A stretch of 64,000 nt of DNA, from contig CAWBEI010000002.1 in assembly GCA_963787835.1 (NCBI GenBank), forward strand, positions 928,001 through 992,000. The letters run 5' to 3'. The notes under the pieces are model-generated. The model did not search any database, was not told the DNA's origin, and saw only the letters and a list, made by a program, of their open reading frames with translations. Shown here piece by piece: positions 49,959 to 60,008 of this stretch; the stretch's first letter is position 1, and every line of letters starts with the position of its first letter. The translations under genes and the position numbers were made by a program. This stretch comes from Ignavibacteriota bacterium. GTDB taxonomy: Bacteria; Bacteroidota; Ignavibacteria; Palsa-1295.

Positions 49959-50159
49959 TATATTTGAGAGTGTGATTATAGGCACCAATGTCTGTAGGAA
50001 CAGCAATTATCGTTCATTGACAATTCGGCGGTAGATTTCACCATGAACGAGTTCTCCGTGAAAAGAATTTGTTGCAACGAATGGCGAAATCAGCCTGGAA
50101 ACGATAGTATGTCGGGAACTCGCGAAAAAGAAAAATGGCACCTATTTCTGGGAGAATGA
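49959..50159 (+). repeat. ~200-bp dispersed structured element, copy 2
   Basis: Aligns with 30819-31030; small ORF 50043-50159. Confidence 0.8.
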
Positions 50160-50183
50160 AATGGCTGCCAATTCCGGTAATGC

Positions 50184-50207
50184 CCGTGACCTGAAGGTCA
50201 CGGCTAC
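50184..50207. repeat. Single GTAG-type REP
   Basis: CCGTGAC-CTGAAG-GTCACGG-CTAC; overlaps the TAG of the oxidoreductase gene. Confidence 0.8.
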
Positions 50208-51742
50208 ACGGGCTGCTCTTTCGCCATCATCGGCGGCGGCTTCATAAAGCTCGGGCGGGCGATAGCTTTGGGCGGCGGGGGCAATTCTACTTCCATCGGC
50301 AGATCGGCTCGGACGATGTTCGATGGCACGCTTTTGTTGCCAGCCAGATCGTACGCGCGGATGTAGTATTGATAAGAAATTCCCGCGGCGGCGAGATGAT
50401 CCGTCCACATCGAAGTGGTAATGGAGTAAATATGCGAGAAGGTCTTGCCGCCATCGTCCGAACGCCAGATCTCGTAACCCATGACGGCTTCGTTATCGGT
50501 GGCGGGTTTCCAATTTAAACGAATGTTGCCAGATCGAACGAGTACGGAAAGGGGACCTCCCCCTGCCCCCTCCTTGGCAAGGAGGGGGTTCCAAACGGGC
50601 GCTTCGGTATCTTCGGAATACGGAGCCTGGATTTCATCCTTCGGCCACAACCCGCACACGACCTGATGGAAGTTCTCATCGAGCGCTTTGCAGATATTCC
50701 AGTAAATGCACTTTACTATTTTATCGGAGTTCCCAGAGCGCGCTTTGTTCGGAAGGTCGGGATCGGCAAGCAGCGCGCGCGCCATGCCGATAAGGTCGGC
50801 TCGGTCATCCTGTAATACTTCTTCGGCAAATTCGGGAGATGGAATTTTGCCGGTAGCGACAACAGGCGTTTGGAACCCATGCCGGCGCAGCATTCTGCGC
50901 GAAGCTTCGGCCATGTGAAGATTGTATCCATCTGGATATTCCATCGGCGGCATGCAGCGGTCGCCGGAATAGCCGGTATAAGGATAGAGGACTTCGCCCT
51001 CCTTATGGACCGCATCCTCGAATTTTCCACCTGCAGAAAGGGAAATATAATCGACGCCCTCCTGTGCAAATTTTAGCGCAATGATCGCCGATTCTTCCGT
51101 GGTGTATCCGCCTTTGATGCACTCTTCACCCAGGAAGCGGACTCCGATGGGGAAATCATTCCCGGTCATTTCGCGCACTTTTTTTATGATCTGCAATGGC
51201 AAACGGATTCTGTTATCGAGCGATTTCCCGCCGTAGAGATCGGGACGCTTGTTGCGTTTGGATAAAAAACTCGAAAGCGTGTAGGCGTGCGCCATGTGCA
51301 TTTCCACGCCATCGTATCCGCACTCACGCGCGCGGAGCGCAGCCTGGCCGTATTGCTCGATGATGAGCTGAATATCGGAAATGGAAAGATCTTCGATCTT
51401 CTGCCGCCATCCGGAACGCGCGATCTTCAGGAAATGAATGATCTGTGGGACGGCTTTGGAATCGCTGGTAGCGTGGATCTTTTTTGCAAGCTCGGTGAGT
51501 CCGGGCTTGAATTCATCGCCGCAAATTCGGAGCAAAGGACCCGACTTCGCGGAATGCACCGCCATCGCCTCGATCACGATAAGTCCGACACCGCCCTTTG
51601 CAAAGCGCACGTAGCGATCGGTAATATCCTGATTGACGAATCCATCCTCGCCCGAGAGCCGCGTGACCATCGCCGGCAGTACCAGCCGGTTGGGGAGGGT
51701 CATGGAATTGATGGGGTAGGGGGTAAAAAGTTTTTGATACAT
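50204..51742 (-). CDS. NADH:flavin oxidoreductase (Old Yellow Enzyme family) with C-terminal Fn3-like domain
   Basis: NRLVLPAM, GYDGVEMHMAHAY, N.R.D.YGG..NR, ARALLADP; W..ATDN.AV.GYEI.RS...Y.IRAYD.AGN.S. Confidence 0.88.
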   Translation of the reverse strand: MYQKLFTPYPINSMTLPNRLVLPAMVTRLSGEDGFVNQDITDRYVRFAKGGVGLIVIEAMAVHSAKSGPLLRICGDEFKPGLTELAKKIHATSDSKAVPQIIHFLKIARSGWRQKIEDLSISDIQLIIEQYGQAALRARECGYDGVEMHMAHAYTLSSFLSKRNKRPDLYGGKSLDNRIRLPLQIIKKVREMTGNDFPIGVRFLGEECIKGGYTTEESAIIALKFAQEGVDYISLSAGGKFEDAVHKEGEVLYPYTGYSGDRCMPPMEYPDGYNLHMAEASRRMLRRHGFQTPVVATGKIPSPEFAEEVLQDDRADLIGMARALLADPDLPNKARSGNSDKIVKCIYWNICKALDENFHQVVCGLWPKDEIQAPYSEDTEAPVWNPLLAKEGAGGGPLSVLVRSGNIRLNWKPATDNEAVMGYEIWRSDDGGKTFSHIYSITTSMWTDHLAAAGISYQYYIRAYDLAGNKSVPSNIVRADLPMEVELPPPPKAIARPSFMKPPPMMAKEQPV

Positions 51743-52152
51743 TATTCGAGGCGGAGTTGGTCTAAATCCCCAAATGAATCAAGAATTATTCGTCGAAGTT
51801 TCTCACAAACCGCTACGGCCTCCTCGGCATCTTCTCGATACGCTTCATCATCGGGATAACGCGAATCAATCGCATAACGGGTGAGAACTTCGGCAGGTGC
51901 TATCAGCTTTTCCCATTCGGGACGAATTGGTAAAGCAAGATTGATTAGGTCTCTAATATCATGCGTTTTCGGAAAATGAATATCATTCTCTTGTAAAAAA
52001 CCTTTCAATAATTTCTCGACACATTGCTGTGCATGAAAACAGATCGCATTATAGGCAGGATCTTCCGTGTTTCGGAACTCTCTTCGCATCACCCAGAAGT
52101 CTTCCGCAGCTTTATTAAGCCACCGTTTCGTAAGTGGCATCATAAAGTACAA
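51742..52152 (-). CDS. HEPN domain protein
   Basis: W..KA.ED, FHAQQCVEK.LK, KTHD, SRYP. Confidence 0.88.
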   Translation of the reverse strand: MYFMMPLTKRWLNKAAEDFWVMRREFRNTEDPAYNAICFHAQQCVEKLLKGFLQENDIHFPKTHDIRDLINLALPIRPEWEKLIAPAEVLTRYAIDSRYPDDEAYREDAEEAVAVCEKLRRIILDSFGDLDQLRLE

Positions 52153-52489
52153 CTCCTTCCTTCATTACGTCCATCATAAAAAAGTCATGCTGCTCGATAC
52201 GCCATTGAACGTCCGTAGCTTTCCGCACCAAAAGATCGAGAGAAAAATGGGGATTGATTCTGGATGCAATTTCCGCCGCCTTATAGGCTCCGCGCCGTTC
52301 CGGGAAATCCATAATGACGAGCATATCGACATCGGAATCCTCATTTGCGGTGCCACGCGCATAGGAGCCGAAGAGAATGATCTTCTCCGGCGCATATCGT
52401 CTCACGATCTCGTCAGCAAAATTTCGGATGGCTTCCTCGGATACCATAAATTTGGGTGGGTAATGTTCCTTAAAATGGATTTCAAGCAT
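52115..52489 (-). CDS. Minimal nucleotidyltransferase (MNT)
   Basis: LFGSYARG....DSDVDMLV. Confidence 0.88.
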   Translation of the reverse strand: MLEIHFKEHYPPKFMVSEEAIRNFADEIVRRYAPEKIILFGSYARGTANEDSDVDMLVIMDFPERRGAYKAAEIASRINPHFSLDLLVRKATDVQWRIEQHDFFMMDVMKEGVVLYDATYETVA

Positions 52490-52615
52490 TTAACGTTCTA
52501 TTCATGGAATTACTCTCAAAAGAAACAATAAATCGGGTTCTTGTGCGTCACGGGACAGAAGAGTTATTTTTGTATTGTACGCTTTAGCCCGAATAGCCAT
52601 ACCTCAGCTTTTTTC

Positions 52616-53860
52616 ATGCCGATCGAACCACAAAAGACCGACCTTTCCGCCCTCCGAATTAAACGGGATGCACCCGCACCAAGCTCTAATAGGCAACAGC
52701 GAGGTAGCGGATCGAGCAAAACCATTGTTTATGCGGTCGTCGCCGTTGTGATTTTAGCGGTTTTGTTCTATTTCGGTCAAGGGCTATTTTCATCGCCGGA
52801 GCCGGTGCAGACGGGTGTGGTTTCGACCACCTATCCTTCGCAAGCTAATTCCGTGCTAACAGCAAGCGGCTATGTTGTTGCCAGCCGCAAAGCGGCCGTC
52901 GGCTCGAAGGGTACGGGACGGTTGGTGTGGCTTGGTGTAGAAGAAGGCTCAATCGTTAAGAACAACCAGATCATCGGACGGTTGGAGGATGCCGATGTTG
53001 TTGCCGCCGTCGCGCAAGCCGAGGCATCACTTAACGCCGCAAAAGCAACGCTTGAAAATGCGAAGGCTGGTCTTGAAAACGCAGACTCTACGTACCATCG
53101 CGAACAGGCACTGTATAAAAAACAGCTGGCGGCGTCAGCGGACATCGTTAATGCACTGGCCGCATTCAAGCAAGCACAATCGCTCGTCAATACGGACGAA
53201 GCGAACGTTCAGCTTGCTGAGAGAACCGTCCAGGCCGCGCAGGTGCAGGTGGAGTTTACCAATATCCGCGCGCCCTTCGATGGTACGGTGCTTACCAAAG
53301 ATGCCGACGTTGGCGATGTCATGACCCCGTTCGGAGCAGCGGCCGGATCGAAAGCTGATATCGTTTCGCTAGCGGATATGAGTTCCCTCGATGCCGAGGT
53401 AGATGTTTCGGAATCGAACTTAGAGGAAGTGCATGTTGGGCAGCCGTGCGAAATTTCGCTTGATGCTGTTCCCGAGAAACATTATCATGGGAAGGTACAC
53501 ATGATCGTCCCCACGGCCGATCGTACCAAAGCAACCGTGCTCACGAAAGTAGATTTTCTGGACCGGGATACGCGTGTCCTTCCTGAAATGAGCTTAAAAG
53601 TTATTTTCATGAAGGATTCCACGCAAGTGGATACCAGCGGCCCGAAACTTACCGTTCCGGCTGCGGCTGTTATTTCAAAAGATGGGAAAAAAATGGTTTT
53701 CGTCATTCAGGGAGATGAGATAAGGGAAACACCCGTTGAGCTTGGCGAGGCTGTCGGCAACGGATTGGAAGTTAAATCCGGTGTGAAGGATGGGGATAAA
53801 GTCGTGCTCAACCCGGCCGATAAATTGAAGAATGAGATGAAGGTAAAGGTAGGAGAATAA
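52616..53860 (+). CDS. Efflux membrane fusion protein (MacA/HlyD-like)
   Basis: TM anchor, ASGYVVA, IRAPFDG, EVDVSE. Confidence 0.9.
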   Translation: MPIEPQKTDLSALRIKRDAPAPSSNRQQRGSGSSKTIVYAVVAVVILAVLFYFGQGLFSSPEPVQTGVVSTTYPSQANSVLTASGYVVASRKAAVGSKGTGRLVWLGVEEGSIVKNNQIIGRLEDADVVAAVAQAEASLNAAKATLENAKAGLENADSTYHREQALYKKQLAASADIVNALAAFKQAQSLVNTDEANVQLAERTVQAAQVQVEFTNIRAPFDGTVLTKDADVGDVMTPFGAAAGSKADIVSLADMSSLDAEVDVSESNLEEVHVGQPCEISLDAVPEKHYHGKVHMIVPTADRTKATVLTKVDFLDRDTRVLPEMSLKVIFMKDSTQVDTSGPKLTVPAAAVISKDGKKMVFVIQGDEIRETPVELGEAVGNGLEVKSGVKDGDKVVLNPADKLKNEMKVKVGE

Positions 53861-53909
53861 GAACCCACCCAAGAATTGTCGTAAATTCGCATAATAAAAC
53901 ACTAAGATC

Positions 53910-54590
53910 ATGGCAGAATCGATCGTACAAGTCAAGAACGTAACGAAAATCTATAAGCGGGACACGATGGATATTCCCGTACTCCAGAATCTATCGCTCG
54001 ATGTACCGGAAGGCGAATTTTTGGCGCTTATGGGGCCATCCGGCTCCGGGAAAACCACGCTGCTCAACCTCATCGCCGGCATCGACCGACCGACGAGCGG
54101 GTCCATCAGCATTTCCGGCAGCGATATTTCCACGCTTTCGGAATCGGCATTAGCAAAATGGCGCTCGCAGCATGTGGGATTCGTATTTCAGTTCTATAAT
54201 CTTATTCCCGTGCTGACAGCATATGAGAATGTCGAACTGCCTCTGCTTCTGACGAAACTATCAAAAGCGGAACGCAAGCAGCATGTCGAAGCTGCGCTAA
54301 GTGTAGTAGGTTTGGGTGATAGAATGAAGCATTATCCTAAGCAGCTATCCGGCGGGCAGGAACAGCGCGTTGCCATTGCACGAGCTATCGTGACGGACCC
54401 GACGCTTATCGTTGCCGACGAACCTACGGGCGATCTGGATAGAAAATCCGCTGAGGATGTGCTCGATCTTATGGAGCAGCTGAATCAGGAATTCAAAAAG
54501 ACGATCATCATGGTCACGCACGATCCGAACGCCGCGGCAAAAGCGCATAAGACCCGACACCTCGATAAGGGCGAACTTGCCGTCAATTAA
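53910..54590 (+). CDS. ABC ATPase (MacB/LolD-like)
   Basis: [26 protein letters not shown]. Confidence 0.95.
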   Translation: MAESIVQVKNVTKIYKRDTMDIPVLQNLSLDVPEGEFLALMGPSGSGKTTLLNLIAGIDRPTSGSISISGSDISTLSESALAKWRSQHVGFVFQFYNLIPVLTAYENVELPLLLTKLSKAERKQHVEAALSVVGLGDRMKHYPKQLSGGQEQRVAIARAIVTDPTLIVADEPTGDLDRKSAEDVLDLMEQLNQEFKKTIIMVTHDPNAAAKAHKTRHLDKGELAVN

Positions 54591-54605
54591 GAATACTTCC
54601 TGCTT

Positions 54606-55763
54606 ATGAAAATCGCCAAACTGATACTTCGGAACGTATTTCGGCATAAGCTGCGCGCGTTCCTTACGATCCTCGGGGTAGCCATTGCCGTCATGGCATT
54701 TGGATTGCTCCGCACGATCGTGACATCCTTTTATGCCGGCGCGGATGCTGCTTCGCCAGACCGGCTCGTTACGCGTCATGCCGTTTCGTTCGTTTTCCCA
54801 CTTCCGCTGGCAGACCGTGAGCAGATCCTTCGAATTCCCGGTGTGAAAAACGTCACGTTCGAAAACTGGTTCGGCGGTCAGTATATCGACAGCAAACATT
54901 TCTTTCCTCGTTTTGCCTGCGATCCGCAGACCTTGTTCTCGATCTATCCAGAGTATGAAGTTCCACCGGACCAACTGGAGAATTTCAAGAAAGAACGTGA
55001 CGCCTGCATTGTTGGACGAAAGCTAGTCGAACAATATCACTTTAAGCTCGGCGATATTATCACGCTGACAGGGGATATTTTCCCCGGCCAGTGGCAATTC
55101 GTCGTTCGCGGCATCTATAAAGGAAAAGAGGCTGCAACGGAAGAGAATGCGCTGTTTTTCCACTGGGATTATTTGAACGAGTCACTGCTCAAAACTGCGC
55201 CCGGACGCGCGAACAATGTAGGGTGGTACGTCGTGCAAATCACGAATCCGAACGATGCGGCAAAGATATCGCAACAGGTAGACGCCCTGTTTACTAACTC
55301 GATCGCGGCGACCAAGACCGAGACCGAAAAAGCATTCCAGTCGGGTTTTGTTGCGATGTCCAGCGCGATCATTACTTCACTGCAGGTAATCTCGTACGTG
55401 ATCATCGGCATTATTTTCCTGGTGCTTGCAAACACCATGATCATGACGGCCCGCGAGCGCATCCGCGAATATGCAGTTCTGAAAACATTGGGCTTTACCG
55501 GGCAGCATCTCATCATACTTATTTTCGGGGAATCGCTTTCGATCGCTGTCTTCGGCGGGATTTTAGGAATGTTGATCACGTTCCCGATCGGAGCAGGGTT
55601 TGCGAAGGGCATGGAGAATTTCCTTCCACGATTTGTGATCGAACCGCAAACGCTTATCATGGCGGGTATCTTTGCGATCCTCGTAGGAATTATTTCCGGG
55701 ATCTTCCCCGTCAATCGCGCTCTGAATATGAAAATTGTCGATGGACTGAGACAAGTAGGCTGA
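54606..55763 (+). CDS. ABC permease (FtsX/MacB type)
   Basis: R..LRAFLT, ERIREYAVLKTLGF. Confidence 0.9.
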   Translation: MKIAKLILRNVFRHKLRAFLTILGVAIAVMAFGLLRTIVTSFYAGADAASPDRLVTRHAVSFVFPLPLADREQILRIPGVKNVTFENWFGGQYIDSKHFFPRFACDPQTLFSIYPEYEVPPDQLENFKKERDACIVGRKLVEQYHFKLGDIITLTGDIFPGQWQFVVRGIYKGKEAATEENALFFHWDYLNESLLKTAPGRANNVGWYVVQITNPNDAAKISQQVDALFTNSIAATKTETEKAFQSGFVAMSSAIITSLQVISYVIIGIIFLVLANTMIMTARERIREYAVLKTLGFTGQHLIILIFGESLSIAVFGGILGMLITFPIGAGFAKGMENFLPRFVIEPQTLIMAGIFAILVGIISGIFPVNRALNMKIVDGLRQVG

Positions 55764-55785
55764 ACCTGGATTACGCGGATTAAAT
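55762..55785. repeat. Solo partial copy of the GxxExxY element terminal repeat
   Basis: GAACCTGGATTACGCGGATTAAAT, 23/24 identical to the reverse complement of 26118-26141. Confidence 0.75.
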
Positions 55786-55791
55786 ACGACT

Positions 55792-56967
55792 ATGAAAATC
55801 CCTTTAAGTTATAGCTTCCGTTCGCTGTGGACACGCAAACTCACGACCGCGCTTACCATTGGCGGCGTAGCACTCGTGGCGTTCGTGTTTACTGCCGTGC
55901 TGATGCTTGCCAATGGCGTGAAGGATACGCTCGTCGCGACAGGCTCGGACGAAAATGCGATCGTCCTGCGAAAATCGGCTGAAAGCGAAACGTTGAGCAT
56001 CATTACCTTCGATGAAGCGAACAACATCGGAGCGCAGCCGCAGATCGCCGTTGGTGCCGATGGTCAGCCGCTGCTGACCAAAGAAGTCCTGACGATGATC
56101 AATTTGAAGAAGCATGGGGCAAACCCGGAGGATCTTTCGAACGTCGCCGTCCGCGGTGTTACGCCGGACGGTGTGCTTCTGCGGCCGCAGGTAAAGATGA
56201 CCTCTGGAAGAATGTTTAACTTCGGCGCGTCAGAACTCATCGTAGGGAATGAAATTGCAGACCGATTCGACGGCATGGACATCGGCAACTCGATAAAATT
56301 TGCGGGACGCGAATGGAAGATCGTCGGTCATTTCGATGCGGGCCGCAGCGGATTTGCTTCCGACATCTGGGGCGATGAGAATCAGATCCTGCAAGCGTTC
56401 CGGCGGCAAGCGTATTCTTCTATTGTACTGCGCTTGAAGGATCCAAAACAATTCGATGCGCTGAAAGCTACATTCGATAGTGATCCTCGTTTAAGCGATC
56501 TCAAGATCGAGCGAGAAAAACAATTTTACGCCGAACAATCGGAAACGCTTGGTAACTTTATTCGCATTTTGGGAATTGTTATAACGGTAATCTTCAGTTT
56601 TGGCGCGATGATCGGCGCGATGATCACCATGTACGCCGCTGTTGCGAACCGCACCGTTGAAATTGGAACGCTGCGCGCGTTAGGATTTCAGCGCCAAAGC
56701 GTACTCAGCGCATTTTTAATAGAATCGCTTTTTATCTCGCTGTTAGGAGCTGGCGTGGGCCTTGTTGGGGCTTCGATGCTATCGTTCCTAACTATTTCCA
56801 CAACGGATTTCAGTTCATTCTCTGAGATCGCGTTCGGGTTTTCAATGACGGCAGGGATCGTTATCGCAACACTGATCTTCGCAGTGCTCATGGGCTTTGT
56901 CGGCGGATTTCTTCCCAGCTTCCGCGCCGCGCGTCTGGATATTGTGAATGCGCTTCGGTCAGGATGA
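55792..56967 (+). CDS. ABC permease (FtsX/MacB type)
   Basis: NRTVEIGTLRALGF. Confidence 0.9.
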   Translation: MKIPLSYSFRSLWTRKLTTALTIGGVALVAFVFTAVLMLANGVKDTLVATGSDENAIVLRKSAESETLSIITFDEANNIGAQPQIAVGADGQPLLTKEVLTMINLKKHGANPEDLSNVAVRGVTPDGVLLRPQVKMTSGRMFNFGASELIVGNEIADRFDGMDIGNSIKFAGREWKIVGHFDAGRSGFASDIWGDENQILQAFRRQAYSSIVLRLKDPKQFDALKATFDSDPRLSDLKIEREKQFYAEQSETLGNFIRILGIVITVIFSFGAMIGAMITMYAAVANRTVEIGTLRALGFQRQSVLSAFLIESLFISLLGAGVGLVGASMLSFLTISTTDFSSFSEIAFGFSMTAGIVIATLIFAVLMGFVGGFLPSFRAARLDIVNALRSG

Positions 56968-56980
56968 GTAACTTATCACG

Positions 56981-58069
56981 GTGAGTACAATAAAGAAAAT
57001 TCTCCTTGCCGCATTACTGCTATTAGTTGCGGCAGCGGTCGTGTTTGCGGTCTTTAGACAACCGATCGAGGACTACCTCGTCGAACGTGCTATCAAGAAC
57101 ACGATGAGCAAGCAGCAATTAGCTCCTTCTGACGGAATAACTGTTGTGCTGGCTGGAACCGGATCGCCCATGCCGGACGTAAACAGAGTTGGACCGTGTC
57201 TTGTGGTTTTCGTAGCTAATAAAATTTACGTGATCGATGCGGGACAAGGCGCAGCGCGGAATATCATGCTGTGCGGCGTTAATATCGGCAAGGTCAACGC
57301 CGTGTTGCTGACGCATTTTCATTCCGATCATATTGGCAGCTTAGGTGACATTATGCTGCAACGATGGATCGGCGGAAGCAATGACACGCCGCTCGACATC
57401 ATCGGCCCTCCCGGCGTGGAGCAAGTTGTCGATGGATTTAACGCAGCCTACAAACTCGACGATGGTTATCGCACTGCACACCACGGCGCTAAAACAGCTC
57501 CACCGACCGGAGCTGGCGGAATTGCGCGGCCCTTCACATTAGATACTGCTTTCAATGCCTCTACCGTCATCGTTAACGAGAACGGACTTAAGATCACAGC
57601 ATTCAAAGTAGATCATTTCCCGGCAGTTCCCGCAGTCGGGTACAAGTTCGAGTATAAAGGCCGGTCGGTGGTGATCAGCGGCGATACGAAATACAGCAAA
57701 TCGCTTGAGCAGCAAGCGGTGGGCGCGGATCTTTTACTCCACGAAGCACTCAACACAAAATTAGTGGGATGGATGGGAAAATATAGCTATTTGAAAAACA
57801 CTCCTTCAAACGCTAAGATACTGCATGATATCCCCTTTTATCACACGACACCGGAACAAGTTGCAACGATCGCAGAAAAGGCCGGAGTAAAAAAGGTCGT
57901 GCTGTATCATACCATTCCACCGATCCCGAACGGGTGGATGAACGATTATTTCTTGGGAAATGCAAAGAACATTTACAGTGGCCCTATCTCCGTTGGTGAG
58001 GATGGCATGATGATCGCGCTGCCGGCCAACAGCACGGAGATCGAGACGAAATATTTGTTCAAGAAATAG
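56981..58069 (+). CDS. MBL-fold metallo-hydrolase (RNase Z/AtsA-like) with N-terminal anchor
   Basis: GTGSP, DAG, THFHSDH, SGDT, HEA, YHT. Confidence 0.85.
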   Translation: MSTIKKILLAALLLLVAAAVVFAVFRQPIEDYLVERAIKNTMSKQQLAPSDGITVVLAGTGSPMPDVNRVGPCLVVFVANKIYVIDAGQGAARNIMLCGVNIGKVNAVLLTHFHSDHIGSLGDIMLQRWIGGSNDTPLDIIGPPGVEQVVDGFNAAYKLDDGYRTAHHGAKTAPPTGAGGIARPFTLDTAFNASTVIVNENGLKITAFKVDHFPAVPAVGYKFEYKGRSVVISGDTKYSKSLEQQAVGADLLLHEALNTKLVGWMGKYSYLKNTPSNAKILHDIPFYHTTPEQVATIAEKAGVKKVVLYHTIPPIPNGWMNDYFLGNAKNIYSGPISVGEDGMMIALPANSTEIETKYLFKK

Positions 58070-58082
58070 GGCCGAACTTTGA

Positions 58083-59921
58083 TTAGGGGTCTTTCACGCA
58101 ACGGCAGGAATTTCCGCCGTTGACGATATCACCCGGTGAGGGTGAAGGCGATGCCGAATAATTCCAAAGGCCCCATAGGTTCCAAGATGGGGTGGTTCCG
58201 GACTGCGGTGTATTCGTAGTGGTTCCGAACATTGCTACGCTTCCTAACTCAAGGGACGTAGAAGTCACATTGTTCAAACTGAAGCAATAACCACCGGGCA
58301 GCGCCGAGAATCCACTGGCGTTCGTTGCACCCACGTTGGGAGCAGCCCAGAGACCGCTCGTAGATTTCATCGCCCCAGCAGCATTCGAACCAATGGTAGC
58401 GAACAACTGCTGGAACTCTGCATCGCTTGGGACATGCCATCCGTGAGGACAGATCCCCTGCACTTTGCTTGGGTTGGCACTGGTAGAATCGGCGCCTTGC
58501 ATCATGGTATTCCAATCGTAGAGCAGCCCGTATGTTGCGCAATTCCCAGCATCGTCATTATAACAGGCATAGCCAGAACCGGATGGATAATAATCCAGAT
58601 TTTGCGCCATCCACGTTTGGTTACCTATACAGACTGTTTTATAGACCTGACCGTCCCTTGCATCGACGAAGGAATCGGGACACGGCGGCGGGTAACTATA
58701 GTTATCGGCCCCAAAATGCTTTAAGAACAAAGCATCATTAGGAGTGAAATAGTAATCAGCAAATTCGTTGCCATTTTGGTCGAGATAAGCATGCCCTGTA
58801 CTATCGAAGTTTACTGCCAGTGCTCTGCACAAGGTATCCATCATCCAATTATCTAATATAGTACGAACCGAGGCGGATGTGCCATCCGAATGAGCCCATC
58901 CATAGTAGGAAATTAGGTTTTTATTCATCCAAGCCGTTTCCATCGGAATCTTCCCGTTAAATACTGGGCTGCTTTGCCCGCTATAGCACATACATCCAAA
59001 CAGTACCGTGCCGAGCATTGAATGGAGGGACTCTATATAGTCTGTCGTAACAAGCACCTTATGCGCGTGCCCAATATAGACAGTGTCATACCACGGTAGA
59101 TTAAGGTTAATGGCTATTGCATCTCCTAAGCGTAAAAATCCGTTCTCTATTTTATTGAGGCCATCCTGACCAAGCTGACTAAGGACGATCGTTTCAGCTT
59201 CACTATCACTTATGGCCGTAGTCCTGTAATAGTTAACAATCGAGCCGGTTAAATAATCATCTGGTCCGCCATGGGTTCTCAGAACGACGAATCCATAATT
59301 ATTAAACGATTCAACCGTGTTATAACTACACTGCGAATCTTTCAGGACGGTAACGGTGAATCTGGAACTCGAATTAGTAAAATAATCATAGGACGGCTGA
59401 AAAATACTATCCGTCATTTGCTGACTGTATGCGGGACAATTGAATAGTACATTCTTATTTGCTATGGTATTGGACGATAGTGTGTTCATACGCGTTGGTG
59501 GAATTGGATTCAAAAAAGGTTCATGAGATCGAAAGGGTTCCATACCAATCACCGTGTCGGATGGCGAACCATCTTCACCATCCGATTGGCTTTTGCCATT
59601 AACATCAACTTGAACGAATGTGAATTCGGTCTGCAATCCTGATTTCAGAAGTATACTGATATAGATGCTGTCAAGTGATTGTACAGCCTGAACATTCGGC
59701 TGGGTCCTCAACCATTGAGTGGTCAGCATTATTGCCTGCCTGGGATTGCCATTGGTGGTTTTCCCAAATCCCAAAAATATTGAATGCGTGGTATCGAGGA
59801 TTCGCATCACCTCACCGACCGAAGGTGCTCCCCCCGCAGACGGCCCTGTCGGCTGCGTGGCCTTGCAGCACGATAGAACAACTGCTATCTCGCCGAGCAT
59901 GAGGAGTTTGAAGAGTCTCAT
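58083..59921 (-). CDS. FISUMP domain lipoprotein (intact paralog of 37272-39137)
   Basis: Lipobox LSC; DARDGQVYK..IGNQTWMAQNL, CP.GWHVPS, GFSALPGG, SCRCVKDP. Confidence 0.85.
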   Translation of the reverse strand: MRLFKLLMLGEIAVVLSCCKATQPTGPSAGGAPSVGEVMRILDTTHSIFLGFGKTTNGNPRQAIMLTTQWLRTQPNVQAVQSLDSIYISILLKSGLQTEFTFVQVDVNGKSQSDGEDGSPSDTVIGMEPFRSHEPFLNPIPPTRMNTLSSNTIANKNVLFNCPAYSQQMTDSIFQPSYDYFTNSSSRFTVTVLKDSQCSYNTVESFNNYGFVVLRTHGGPDDYLTGSIVNYYRTTAISDSEAETIVLSQLGQDGLNKIENGFLRLGDAIAINLNLPWYDTVYIGHAHKVLVTTDYIESLHSMLGTVLFGCMCYSGQSSPVFNGKIPMETAWMNKNLISYYGWAHSDGTSASVRTILDNWMMDTLCRALAVNFDSTGHAYLDQNGNEFADYYFTPNDALFLKHFGADNYSYPPPCPDSFVDARDGQVYKTVCIGNQTWMAQNLDYYPSGSGYACYNDDAGNCATYGLLYDWNTMMQGADSTSANPSKVQGICPHGWHVPSDAEFQQLFATIGSNAAGAMKSTSGLWAAPNVGATNASGFSALPGGYCFSLNNVTSTSLELGSVAMFGTTTNTPQSGTTPSWNLWGLWNYSASPSPSPGDIVNGGNSCRCVKDP

Positions 59922-60008
59922 AATTATAGTCATACAAAAAAGGCACAGTGAACAAGTCGAATGCAAAGTTACAACAAAATCGCGGGAGTTGTTTGAATTT
60001 TTTATGCT

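Noticed and set aside
37272-59921. Diversity-generating retroelement targeting the FISUMP genes
   Set aside because: No reverse transcriptase and no adenine-variant template repeat seen in the window; the paralogs differ throughout their length.
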